The position numbers and the translations under genes are program-made. A DNA stretch of 63,230 bases, the filler included, from Reticulomyxa filosa (Eukaryota; Protista; Foraminifera): assembly GCA_000512085.1 (NCBI GenBank). It is 19 parts of 19 records of this genome, joined end to end, with 100 filler letters (N's around TTAATTAATTAA, not from the genome) between each part and the next. Parts side by side here need not be neighbours in the genome. Positions count along the whole stretch, not along the records: positions 50,343 to 57,663 come from ASPP01045784.1; positions 57,764 to 61,939 come from ASPP01006606.1; positions 62,040 to 63,230 come from ASPP01007931.1; 16 more parts are not named here. The stretch is one strand, 5' to 3'. Below, piece after piece: positions 51,133 through 63,230 of the stretch. Every line of letters starts with the position of its first letter. Within the stretch, counting starts at the first letter, position 1. Under the pieces are notes generated by a model. The model was not told the DNA's origin, did not search any database, and was given only the letters and a program-made list of their open reading frames with translations.

Positions 51133-51251
51133 AAAAATTAAGTTTGAAATAACTCCATCGACAAAAACAGAATAAAAAAAAATGTTGTGCCGGCGAATAT
51201 ATTTTGTTTTATTTTCTGTTTTTCAATGGAGTTATTTCAAACTTAATTTTT
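51133..51251. repeat. 119-nt fold-back with perfect 26-bp terminal inverted repeats
   Basis: aaaaattaagtttgaaataactccat (51133-51158) is the exact reverse complement of 51226-51251. The inner arms are also partly complementary. Confidence 0.85.
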
Positions 51252-52108
51252 TATATTTTTTTTGATATAATGCTTTAATTTGATGCATTTTGTTTTGTTT
51301 TTTTTTTGTAGTTTTACTTTTTTTTAATTACGAAATGTAGAGTTTATAAATATTTTACATATTTGACAGAAATGTAGTCATGTTTGATATTATTCGATTT
51401 ATTGTGATAAATTTTTTATTATTATTATGTCGTGTTACATTTTTTTATTGGAAAGGTTGTTTAAGTGGTGTTTTTTTTCTGTTTTTCAAAAGTGAATAAA
51501 CATGAAAGCAGCATCAATTAAAGATTGTAGTGATCGTTTAATTGATAGAATTTATTTGACAAAATAGTAATGAAACAATTTTTTTTTGTTTTTTGTGTTA
51601 AAGTGTTTTTGATAACTTTTGTATGGAGAAAAAAGTTTAAATAATTTCATTTTACGTCTAATAAAATCTTAAGTGCAAAAATTAAAAGATGTTGAAAGAA
51701 TGACTAGGTTAACGCAAAAAGCTCATTTCAATTTTTATCGTTGAAAATTGGTTTGTAAATTAAAAATTTAATTAGGATGGATTTATAATTTTGACAAACT
51801 TATTATGAATTATGTTAGTTCTTTTGTTTTTGTTCATTCAATGACTTGTTATTATTTATGTTAATATTCCATACATGCTTCCAAGGGTGATCTTTATTTA
51901 ATTTGATATCGAAAAAATTGATGCATTTGTTTTTGTTAAGAAAAAGAAACAGTACAATTAAAACGTTATGCTTTACAAATGAAATATTTTTTAAAAACAC
52001 AATCTTAAGAAAAAATTAAAAGATATATCTTAGTTTCAAAAACTTTGAATAAACAGTTTTGCAATAACATCATTTTAATCTAAGGATTATACAAACAATG
52101 TTTCTATT

Positions 52109-55100
52109 CTATGACTCCGTACGACTGACCCAATATGCATTCAAGTTATCATGTTTTTTGAAATTGACAAGGATGTCTTTACATTTTGCTTTAGTTTGTG
52201 GACAAGCTTTGAGCCAAGCCAAACGCAAAGTGATAGAAAAGTGTATGTTAGTTGATTAATATATATGTATATGTACCTAAAATGGAATTTGGAAGACATT
52301 TTCCTTCCAATTGAAGTGCATGATTTAAAGCATTTCCAAAGATATGAAATCTTAAACAAGAACGACCTAGAATACAGCCTAACACATGCCCATGTGCAAT
52401 ACCAACCCGAATATTGATATTAACAGGATTTGATACAATTTCAGTTTGAAATATGTTCTGAATTCGGTAATCTTTCAATTGGATATGCATGTTTACCACA
52501 TTCAGAGCAAATTTGATCACACGTTCAGCGCATCCCCCAAATGATACACAAATATATGCATCCCTTTATACAAACATGTGCGATTTAATTCAAAAAAAGT
52601 AATCTAATAAAAAAAAAAAAAAAGCTAACCCAATTGTTTCAATCTTTTCAACATTGAATTGAACAGCAAACTGATCATATCTTGAATAGAAATAATGCAA
52701 CAATGATACGATGAATGAAGGATCTAATGTAGATGACAGTTCAGTAAAGCCTATGAGATCGGACTGAAAGACAGTGGCAGACCGGAATCGTCGTTTTAGA
52801 AAACTTTTGTTTCGCTCGAACATTGACTTGTACAACAATTGCTTAGCAACAAATAATGGCAACAACACCGACATTGACTGTTCTCTATCCTTTCTCGACT
52901 TTTCAATTGCCTCATCATACACAATATTTCTTCGACTTTCTTTTTCCTGCTTATATCCAACTATCATACTTACCAAGAATACTAATATGTCAATGGCAAA
53001 AGTAGAAATGTCCACTATACGTCATATAATTTATTTGTTTATATTTAAATACACATAAATAAATATATATTAGTATCAACTGGAATTATAAATGATACAA
53101 TTATTATAAATAAAAGCAGCCAAAATAATGGAGGAAAATGATACTTCGAAAAAGCGGAAAGGGAAAACGCTGAAAGATAATATATAAAAAATGTTAGCGA
53201 TGAATCTACCGAACAAGCGATTGGTCTTGGCGGTGACATAGTTGATACCTAATACGTGGAGCCAAAAGAAGACATACACGACAATCATGCGCCGATAAAA
53301 CAGTACGCGTTGCTGTCGGCCGTGACAGAATATGCGAAATGCAAATTTGCAAGAGAAGAACAAACGACACAACCGCTTCCATTAGCAACAGAACTACTAA
53401 TATCGGTTGGATGCGACCAAATGGAGGTGGTGTCCCTTTGTAACTGATGTCCTCATACTCGTTGTTGTCATGTGGCATGTGTTTCCTTATCGTTATTACA
53501 TTCAGCAACAGCAACATGTTGAATGTCCACAGCGATATTTGCAATTGACTGTAATTTCGCAAATGCATGTTTATTAATTTCATTTGATATATCTCCTCCA
53601 GCTTGAATTCTTTGCTTATTTTTTTAAAGAAAAGTTAATAACGATTTTTTTTAAAAAAAAAAAGAAAAGCAAATTTAAAGACTTGATTTGTGAATTTGAA
53701 AATTGACGGTGAGCGGTGACGTCATTTGATAAAATTGATAATTTAGATCTGGGCTTGACCCTAACAAAAAGTTTAACCAACATTGTACAAAACGTACTAT
53801 CTATGTAAGAGCACTTTTGCTTCGGAAAACGCAGCGTGAATGCGCTGGCATGAGTATCTTCAGAATTTAGAAACTGATAAAAGTTCATTTCTAATAAATT
53901 CGCATTATTCGTTGTTTTATGTGTGATATGTCTTTTTATCCATGATGACGTTGACGATGTGTTTTCATTATCTTCATCTTTTTATTCAAAAGAAAAAAAC
54001 GTTATCAAAAGGCATTGTTTGTTCGTGTTTATAAGTATATACATATGCGTATAGTATTATAACTTAGTCCACGCACAATGTATGTGCAAATATTTCCTTT
54101 CCCTTTCATTGGAATATCGCCTCGAATAAGCCAATCAAATGATTCCGAAACTCCGCCAAAATCTGACAAACACAAAAGTAAATATATACTTTTTTTTTAT
54201 TTATTTATTTGATAGAAGAATGTATTTATTGTGATGTACAAACTATATGTTTGCTTTGTGGCTTGTATGCATCCTTCCAATCCAGTCGTACACACACGAG
54301 ACGCAGTGTTGACAGTATCACCGAAAATTCGAAAGAATTTTCGTGTTGTTCCAATGATTGTCCCCATCACTGGACCAGTGTGAATTCCCATTGTCAATTC
54401 ACTTTGCACATGTGATTTCGCATTAACTTTGTTCAAGATTCGACGAAATCTTAATCCCAAACGAAGTACTTTTTTGTTGTTGCATTCACTTGTTTTTTTT
54501 TTTCAATGTAAAAAAAATCAAATAGTTAAAATATAGTTCAAAACTTGCTTCAGCATGGTTGAAAGACTTGTCTGACGACATTATACCACCACATACAAGA
54601 TACGTATTTCCAACATGCTCAATTTTGACTACATCAAATTCCCATTGTTCAATTTCTTTTATTTTTTTACATCAGCGTGTCAAAGTACAAGACATAAAGT
54701 TGACATGCAAGATTTTTAAAAAAAGGTGGGAAAAAAAAAGTTCATCTTAGTTGAACTTAAAGAAAAAAAAGTATTCTTAACCTTTATCAAAGTTTATGAC
54801 AAGTTGATGCAAAACTTCCACAAAAGAGGAGTTGTCCTTAATTTTTTCCATAGTAACTTTGTCGTAAAAGGTGAAATAAACAAAACCAATGGTCACGTCT
54901 CTTGTGTAAATAGGAACATCCCCTCTAAGTAAAATTTGTTCTGTAACTGGAGCTGGCATTAAGCTGTTCATAATACGGGCATGTTCTTTTCTTTCCACAT
55001 GCAATCGTGCACGATTAGATACATCGTCAATCATTGTGCACAATTGTTGTTTGGTAGTAAAATAAAAGCTATTTGTCATTGACACAATTCCGCAATTGAA

Positions 55101-56729
55101 TACAATGCATGAATATAAAATATCGTTCCATGTAACTCTATCGTCCTTATCAGCAGCTATTTTGGTAAAATATAATATATTTGCAGTTATTATAATTGTT
55201 ACGTTTCGATATTTTAAATATTTAAATTGGTACCACAAATATGATAAAAATAATAATGAATGAATCAATAGCGTGTCTTGTAATCTGATTTAAAACAAAC
55301 AATCACTTTCAAAATTTATAAACAGTCCAAAAGATAAACAGAATGCTCATTTTTTTGCTTTAACTGAAAAATATGTCCCATGTAAAGACTAACAATTACC
55401 ACTCTCAGTGCTGAGCAGAATAAATAAAACCAAAAGGCATTCTCTGCAGCTTGTAGAGGTAATTGAGATTCAACAAGAACATTTAAATTATCTTCATCTT
55501 TGTTTTCTTTTTTCTTTCTTTTTTGTTCCGGTTTAATCCGTTTTTCAACTGCAAAGTGTTCTTTTTTTTTGTATATAGTTTTGATAAATAGAATAAGCAG
55601 CATATTGATGCGCATCCGCACATAGCAGTGGTATAGCTAGATTGTCCATCATTTCAAAACAACAAATAAATGGTTTTGTGGAGATTTTAAAGATAAAATA
55701 TGCAAAATTTTTTTAGTCATAATTGCAAATGTAGAAACTATTCAACTTTATTGTCTTAAGTAAAATGTTGTCAATAGTAGGGTCAATTTTTCCTAAGATC
55801 CAAGGCACATCCGCTAATGTTAACATGAATGCCAAATATAATTTAAATTTTAAATTGAATGCAAAAAATAATTGACAATACTTTTCGTTATCGAGTATAT
55901 TTGGATCATTTTTCCATTGGGAATCATTTTGAAAGCATGTGCTGATATGTTGTTCGTTTATTAAATCGACTAAACTTTGTCTCGTTTTGAAAAAAATATT
56001 TGGTTTAGCCCTGTGCAATATAGCTGAAGCTTTTTCGTCTTCTACGTTGGTTAATACTGAAGTGCGAGTTTCCTTTATTTTTATTTTTTTAAAAAGTGAA
56101 AGAGGGGCTATGCAATTACAATACTTTTTTTAAAAAATTCTCCAGCGTCGAAGGACATGTGTAAAACAAAAAAAGAGTTAAAGATTGACGAAACTATTTC
56201 TTTCTTTTGTGTTTTGTAGTCGTCAGAGTTTTTGTGTTCCAAACTCTCGTCGTTCGTAGAAACAGTAGACACTTGTGACGGCTCTGTGCCATCGTTTAAC
56301 AACGTATTTGAATACTGTTTTTTGAGTGTAGTGCATGTTTGAACTACTTTTTCTGCTAAAGGCTGCTCCCACATTGTCTTTTTACTTTTTTTATAGTGCA
56401 AAAAATGAAAAAACTCGGAAGCTAATTCTTTTGTTGCAAATGTACACATACTATATCTCTATGGCAACAGATGTTTGCTTTGATGAAATGACTGCGCTTT
56501 TGGACGAATTAATGCGTGGTTTTTTTCTACTTTTAACTGTGGCCACACATGGGAGTGTATCATCTGAAAATCTTCTTAAAGTTAATGAGATGTTAGCCAT
56601 GCTATTATGAAATTTTTCTTGATTTTTTTGGCTACAATGCATTTTATTATGTTGATCTCCATCGCCATCGCGTACTGCTACACAATGCATAGATGGCAAA
56701 TTTGGCGAACATACGATATCGCTTATCAT
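52109..56729 (-). CDS. Membrane class III nucleotide cyclase with two TM blocks and two catalytic domains, probably guanylyl cyclase
   Basis: Many exons. Domain 1: KIEHVGNTY, MGIHTGPVMGTIIG, RIFGDTVNTASRV, PMKGKG. Domain 2: FQSDLIGFTELS, EKIETIG|DAY, IRVGIAHG, HIFGNALNHA. Stop TAG 52109-52111. Confidence 0.9.
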
Positions 56730-57218
56730 TTTTTTAAAAGTCAAATTTTTTTAAAACGTTTTGTCACGACATCATGAATGCTGCTCTACTCTTTCAAAAC
56801 AAAAAGTAAAATATTTGTTTGGAAACATTTAAACCAAAGTGTCATTAAAAAAAAAACAAAATAAAGAATTTTTACTGACTCTAAATTATGTAAATTAAGT
56901 TTTTTAAATGTATGCATTATTCCTCACTATACACTAGTAATATCGTTTTTGAAAAGAAATTTTTTTACCGTATATGAATATTATCGCAATTATGTTTAAA
57001 GATATTTGCACTTTTTTTGTTTTGCCATCACTGCAAGACGGCCTTGGAATTTTTGTGGTTTAAGCGTTCGTTTTGTGTCAGAGAACTTTTTTTGCGTGTT
57101 TCTCCTTCCATCTTAATTTTACTGAATAAATCATCCAGTTAAAATCATAAAAACAAAGAGATTCTTGTATTCATTCACATAAAATTGAAACCTAAACATA
57201 ACGAAAGGATACTTTATA

Positions 57219-57663
57219 ATGACGAAAAACCCAGAAGAGGTGGCACTATGCTGCAAATACCACCGTGGGTCATTGGTGTTGCAAGGGAGATATATGGAAG
57301 AAAATTCGAGCACAAACAAAGTAAAAAAAAAAAGTGTGAGATTGAATTTTTTTTTTAATAAAATTGGCAAAGCACCAACAGTTTGAAAGTGAGTCTGGCA
57401 ACCTCAAAAAAAAAAAAAAATACATCATACAAATATGTGTACACATAAATAAGTCGTTAACACAAACAATTGTTCCAAGTTATTGCCAAGAGAACCGAGT
57501 AAAGAGAGACGGAGAATATTATCACCTAACAGTGATTTACTCTGAAGAGTTGAAAGCTGTGCAAGATTCGCTGTCAAAAAATAGCGAAACCAAAGCCATG
57601 TGCAAAAGCAAGCCAGATTGTATTCAATATTTAATTGACAGCTGTCACAAAGTTTTTTTCAAA
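57219..57663 (+). CDS. 2H phosphoesterase of the Swiss-army-knife RNA-repair type, N-terminus (3' truncated)
   Basis: MTKNPEE...RGSLVLQGRYMEE|...QENRVKRDGEYYHLTVIYSEE contains the first HxT motif in the RDG..HIT context. Confidence 0.55.
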
Positions 57664-57763
57664 NNNNNNNNNNNNNNNNNNNNNNNNNNNNNNNNNNNNN
57701 NNNNNNNTTAATTAATTAANNNNNNNNNNNNNNNNNNNNNNNNNNNNNNNNNNNNNNNNNNNN

Positions 57764-59116
57764 TAACCACAATAATAACCATAATAATAATCATAACAAT
57801 AATCATGACAATGAAAACAAACAAAAAGAAAAAGAAATAGAAAAAGAAAAAAAGCCATCAAAACAAATACAATTAATGAAATTTCAATCGTTTGGAAATG
57901 ATAGCAGAAAACTCTTATCTCCGACTTCGAGTGTCTCCTCCAGTGTGGATTGTCCAGCCTCTGTCTTTGGTTTTGGCTCAGTCAAGCTGAAGACGGAAAT
58001 GGGATCATTGTCACCAACCCCAGCCCCTGGCATTCGTCGTAGCTTTGATTCGATGGACGAAGATTACAAACTGAGTGATGAAAATGAAGATAACGAAGAG
58101 AAAAGCACAGAGACGAAGCTCGTCGATGATGAAAGCAATCCTTCTCCATCTGTTACACCAGTACCTACTTCAAAAACAAACAGAACCGATTCCAATGATT
58201 TGAATTTCGATTTTTTTGAAAGTCATTTGAATTCCGGCAAATTTAAAAAAAAAATGACCAATGAATTATTTTCCATTCACAACAAATCCATCACTTCATT
58301 TCATCCCTATCCTTGTCCTCATTCTCAGTCTCATCTCCATCCTCATCCCTATCCTTATTCATCTCAACAACCATCATTTGACTTAGATGAACTGTGTACT
58401 CCACCTCCCTCGGCTTCCACCTCCACTTCCATTTCTATTCCAGTGTCCACTACTTCTGTCACCGCCTCCGCTACTGCCTCCAATCGATGTTCCGCCTCGT
58501 CTGCAAGGGAAAAATTACCTTTGCACTTCAACTTCAATGAAAAAGATTAATTGATGCCATTTCCAACTTGGACGTATCCAAAATTGATCGACAACGCGTT
58601 TGTAAGTCCTTTGTTCCGAACGACAAAAGCTCACATCATGGAGTTTGGCCAATGATTTTGCCTTTGAAACAAAAAATTAAAAAGCTAAGACTAATTAAAC
58701 AACTTTGATACGCACAATAAATAACATATTGTTTGCTTTGAATTTTAAAATAAAGATTGGATCCTGGCGAAATCAGCCAGAATAAAAGATACAACAATGT
58801 TAACAATAACAAAACACGAAATGACACTCATGAAAATCAAAGTCAAAATAACAATAAAAAGTATAAAAATCACACACTATCAATCCGAGATTTACCAAGA
58901 TATCGAAATACAATTTACGAGTGTCTATCTACCAATGATGGCCAGAATAATTCAAACGACAACATTTCCAAAACACTTACTACTTCACACATCCGCACTA
59001 ATTCCTCTGCTCGTCATCGGAAGAAAAGCACCAGTGAAAAAAACTTGAGAGAGATCAATCATTTTAACAACAATATATTTGGAGATAAACATAACCCAAG
59101 TCAATCAAACAATTAA
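57764..59116 (+). CDS. C-terminal low-complexity (S/P/N-rich) part of a hypothetical protein
   Basis: ORFs 57876-58550 and 58757-59116; no domain recognised. Confidence 0.45.
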
Positions 59117-60277
59117 CATAACAATGTGTAACCTCTTTTGTTTTGCTGTTCATTCAATTTGCTTGTTTGTTTGTTTTGACAATAACCATGCCTCTTATAT
59201 TATCCTTGCAAAGAGAAAGGAAACACAGTGCATCGACGTCGTAATAGCAGTGGCTTGGAAATGACCTATCAAAGCACAAACAATCGCAGTACTTAAAACC
59301 GCACTTGTTTTGCATTAATAATTATCTTTCGCCAAATCAATGTTTTTTTTATTGTTTGTTAATTTTTTTTTCAATATTTTTTGTACTTGTGCGCCTGTAT
59401 CTTGTAAATTACACATATCTCTTTTTTCTCTTTGAATGCTTTGAAGGAAGATAAGTACTGAAGGAGGTTATTGACAGAGCTAATGTTAGACTTATCTATC
59501 CATGTTGCTTTGTTTTGTTTGCTTTGGATTTGAAACTATTAGATGAGTGCGTGTGTCATTGTCTTGGTTGTTCTTGCTTTTGTTTTTCCTCCCACACTTC
59601 TTTGCTTACACTGTGCGTTTCACGGACGGTGAATTTCAGAGAGTGTTTGTATTGACTTTTGTTTTGTTTAATTTTTCGTTATTCATTGTGCGTTATGTGA
59701 AGTTGTTGGGTGAAATAATGGTGTGACGTGGCACAAATATGATCAATACGTTGTTTTTGTTCGCAACAAATATTCCGTATGTCGATCTCTATTTTACTTG
59801 TGACTTGTAATATGACTTTTTCTCCTTCCTTTCTCTTATATCTTTCCACAAAGTATGTATAAAAATTCTTGCAAATGTATCAAGCTTCAAATAAGAAAAT
59901 AAAAATAACAAACGTTTTTGCTGATACAATATTAGAACACTTTCACTACTTTTTGAACAACTGCCGGTGGAAATAGTGAAATTAATAAAGATTGCTAAAA
60001 TGTTTCATTTTTAGTGTTCGTTTACTAAACGTTTTTCTATGATATTACAATGAAACTCAGCTTTTTGTTTTTAAAATTTAAATCGGACCGTCTAAAACCT
60101 GGCTTTTCGAAGGGTGTGCATTTTAGATGCAGAAATGAAATTAATAGTGAAAAAAAGATCAATTGATGTTGGAGGCGATTTTTGTGTGATTCGAATTAGA
60201 ATTTTGTTCTTCAAGTCGCCTCTTGAAAACACTTGAATTTACACACAACACATAATTTTCCTTGAAGTGTGCGCAGA

Positions 60278-61731
60278 TCAATGAATTGGTATTTTCCACA
60301 GCAATCCTTGGTCATTGAATCGCAGCCCTTGACATAACAAATTCATATCACACAACGCAAAATGCTAAATCAATATGAAAGATTGATTTCAAAAAAGTAA
60401 AATTTAAAAGTATACCTCTGTCAAAATCAGAAATAGTTTGAATGTCGTCATCTTGGAGCTGAATGCTCAATATATCAAGGTTTTCTTTCAATCGGTCCGA
60501 ATGAACAGTTTTTGGAATAACGGCGATATTCCGAACATTAACAGACCAAGCCAAAACGATTTGTGCTGGAGTTTTGTTATGCTTTTTGGCGATATTCGTG
60601 ATTTCTTCAGTTTCCAGCAAATTTGGTAATTTTGAATAAATTGCCCAATTTTCGTATGACGGACTTCCCAAACTCGAATATCCAGTGACTTGAATGCCCT
60701 GATTGTGTTATTTTTTGTTGTTAAGAGTAAATTAAAAACTAAAAGCAAAAGATATGAATTAATAAGTTAAAGACTTTGTCTTGGCATAAATCCACCAAAA
60801 AATTTTGTGGTAAATAAGGATGGACTTCTATTTGATTCACGCAAATGGGTTTTTTAGCGACTTTACTTAATTCCCAAATAAGCGAGGTAGAGACTATTAT
60901 TTTCATTTTATTTAGTTGTTTGCATAGTTGTATTTTTTAATGTAAAAAAAACAAAACAGTTTGAAACGCCAATCCCCTTTGTCAATCCTTGATCGACTAA
61001 GTCTTCCATGGCTTTCCAAGTTTCAAGCACTGTAACTTTTTCTTGGTAGTTTTTGAAATCGGGATTGAAATCTTCTGGATAGTCTCCGTCGTCTTTACGA
61101 CGATTTGGCCTTTTCAATTTCAAACAAACACAAACATAAAGAAAAAACTATTCTTTATTTTCTATATTACCATGCCACTGGAAAATGCATCAAATACAAA
61201 TCCAAGTGTTTTAATTGCAAATCGCGTAGTGTTCTTTGAATTGCTGGTTTTACGTCTTTCTATGTACACATTTGTAGCAACAATTAAAAATGAAACAACA
61301 AAAAGTCACAAACATTTTTTGACGCAATTTTGCGACACTATGTCTCGGTTTTCTTCATCTCTATTCTCCTTACTCTTAAACACGAAAAAGAACTGGGTGA
61401 TGATCGGTATTCCACAATTTGGAGGTGACAAATATCTCATCACGTTTTACCATACTTTCAACGTTCAATGCATGATGCAACGCTTTGCCAACCGTTTTTT
61501 CATTTCGGTAAATTGCAGCACAATCAATCAATCCATACCCAGCTTTGATGGCATTTAACACTGCATTTTCAGCTGCATTTTCTGGAATTTTCCATGTCCC
61601 AAAGCCCACCTATACATTTCAACCTCAATAACGTCAAATCAAGGGAAAAGGAACTGTTGTTGAAGTTCAACTTTTGGCATAAGGGCTCCATTCAGCAACC
61701 GAAGACTATTTGCAGAAGTTATACGTGACAT
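60278..61731 (-). CDS. Aldo-keto reductase (aldose/xylose reductase-like)
   Basis: LNGALMPK|VGFGTW, IDCAAIYRNE, FVTSKLWNTDH, DLYLMHFP, WKAMEDLVDQGLTKGIGVSN, NQIEVHPYL, VIPKT...RLKEN. D-Y-K-H tetrad present; several introns. Confidence 0.95.
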
Positions 61732-62039
61732 CTTCTAACACAATTAATGCTTATTAATTTAAGTTTTTCAAAAATATCATTGATAATTTTTAGGTTCACA
61801 AGCACCAAAAGCTGGAATAAATTACATTTTTGAGCAATTCAACAAACGTTTTAATATTGTAAGATTTTCTAAAATTTTGATTTTATTTATTTTTTAAACG
61901 TGTAATTAACTCATTTATTTTATTTAAATGAATACAATTNNNNNNNNNNNNNNNNNNNNNNNNNNNNNNNNNNNNNNNNNNNNTTAATTAATTAANNNNN
62001 NNNNNNNNNNNNNNNNNNNNNNNNNNNNNNNNNNNNNNN

Positions 62040-63230
62040 CAGGTCTACCAGGTTGCTGTCTGGTTGCAGCGTGGCGCGTGGCTGCAGGCGCGGGCGGGCG
62101 TCGGGGTGGCGGTAGTCGCTTGCCGGCAGGATGCTGGCCAGGTCGTGGCTAAGCAGCGGGAAGTCGGCATTCTCAAAGCCAGGCCGGCAGTAGGCCGGTT
62201 TTTTGCCCAGCCAGGCGGCCAGGCTGTGCTGCAGGATAAGCAGGTTCTGCTGCGCGTAAGGCGCTGGCCAGTGGCGCCGTACGCGGCCGGCCAGCTGATC
62301 AGCGAGCGCATCGAGGACGGTTCGGCAATGGCCCAGTCATAACTGTGGTCGCGGCCCATTCGCTGACCGGCGACGACAGCACGATGAACAGGTGATCGTC
62401 TGCCGTGGTGGCGTCCAGCTGCCGGCGGATGTCGGGCAGCTCGAACAGGGCTTGCGCGTCGTGGCGGCTCAGCGCGGCATCCAGCCGCCGCTCGATGGCG
62501 GAACGTAACAAAAGCGGGTACTGCGAATGGTAGACGCACAGCTGGATGTGCTTGCCGGCAGGCACGTCTTGCGCATACAGCGCACGCGCCAGCGGGTAGA
62601 TCTTGTCGATATGCGCCAGGCGGACAAGGCCGATGCTGACGCGCTTGCCGCTGTCGGGTCAACATTGTGGTTGGTCGCATGCAGCTGTAAGGCGTGGTCA
62701 CGCAGCAGGCTGGCCAACGGGGCAAACAGCTCGGCCTCATTGCGTGGTACACCGCTTAGCGGTAACAACGCCGCGGTACGCCGTGGCGGCTGGCTGGCCA
62801 GCCATTGGCTGCGCTTGCCGGCAAAGGTCTGGTGTTGTTGCTGGAAGCTGGCGCTGTCGACACAGTCGGCCGCGTGGCAGTGGTTCTCGTCTACCCACAG
62901 GCAGCAGATATCTAGCGGCAAGCCGGGTTGGCCGCGGTGCTGCTGGTATTGGCCACGGCCAGCCAGATAGGCATCGAACAAACATTGCAGCAGCGCCGGC
63001 GGCAAGGTGGCGGACGACAGCAGCACCCGGCTGCCCAGCAAGCCTGCCCAGTACACCAGCCGGGTCAGCGCCGGCAGGTCTTCTACCGAGAAGTCGTCCG
63101 GCTCGTCCAGTACCAGGTCGGAGCTCATCAGGCGCAGCATGGGGGCAATTTGCCGGCCACCGCGCGTGCTTTCGGTGGCGGGGGTCAGGTGGTCGATGGT
63201 GCACACCAGCAACGGCGCGGCCAACAGCGC
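62040..63230 (-). CDS. cas3: Bacterial type I-F CRISPR-associated helicase Cas3 (Cas2-3), internal fragment with three frameshifts
   Basis: APLLVCTIDHLTPATESTRGGRQIAPMLRLMSSDLVLDEPDDF, LLSSATLPPAL, GKRVSIGLVRLAHI, LCVYHSQYPLLLRSAIE, GRDHSYDWAIAEPSSMRSLI-QLAGRVRRH. GC-rich and intronless. Confidence 0.93.

Noticed and set aside
62064-62970. Plus-strand ORFs 62064-62342 and 62527-62970
   Set aside because: Antisense shadows of cas3 in GC-rich DNA.
57764-63230. cas3 next to a eukaryotic aldo-keto reductase, or a Cas3-Piwi association, as a real gene neighbourhood
   Set aside because: They are on separate contigs split by linkers, with very different composition. Cross-linker adjacency means nothing.

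Overview
This window is not one locus. It is 19 unrelated contigs joined by 18 identical 100-nt artificial spacers (N44-TTAATTAATTAA-N44). Contigs 1-18 (1-61939) are AT-rich, intron-rich protist DNA. The Rab1A-type paralogue and the expanded, often decayed WD40/Kelch/ART-like families point to a rhizarian, most likely a Reticulomyxa-like foraminiferan (inference). Recognisable genes: importin-alpha-like IBB, prolyl 4-hydroxylase, Ap4A phosphorylase, a KA1-like protein, a CCCH+LOTUS(OST-HTH) protein, a Piwi/Argonaute N-terminal half that I reconstructed across introns, CIAO1, a triple zinc-knuckle protein, V-ATPase G, Unkempt-like CCCH+RING, GST, G-alpha, fascin-like, BTB, a probably mitochondrion-targeted Dim1, Rab1A, RUN+Rubicon-homology, a two-domain membrane nucleotide cyclase with swapped C1/C2 roles, a 2H phosphoesterase and an aldo-keto reductase. 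Contig 19 (62040-63230) is a GC-rich bacterial fragment of type I-F cas3 with three apparent single-base deletions. The best candidate for an undescribed system is the head-to-head pair on one contig of a divergent Piwi-like gene and a CCCH-LOTUS gene, a possible piRNA/nuage-like module in a protist. Other notable items are a short TGT...ACA element in two contigs, a 119-nt fold-back, and poly-A 3' splice sites. All family calls come from motif recognition by eye; no searches were run.
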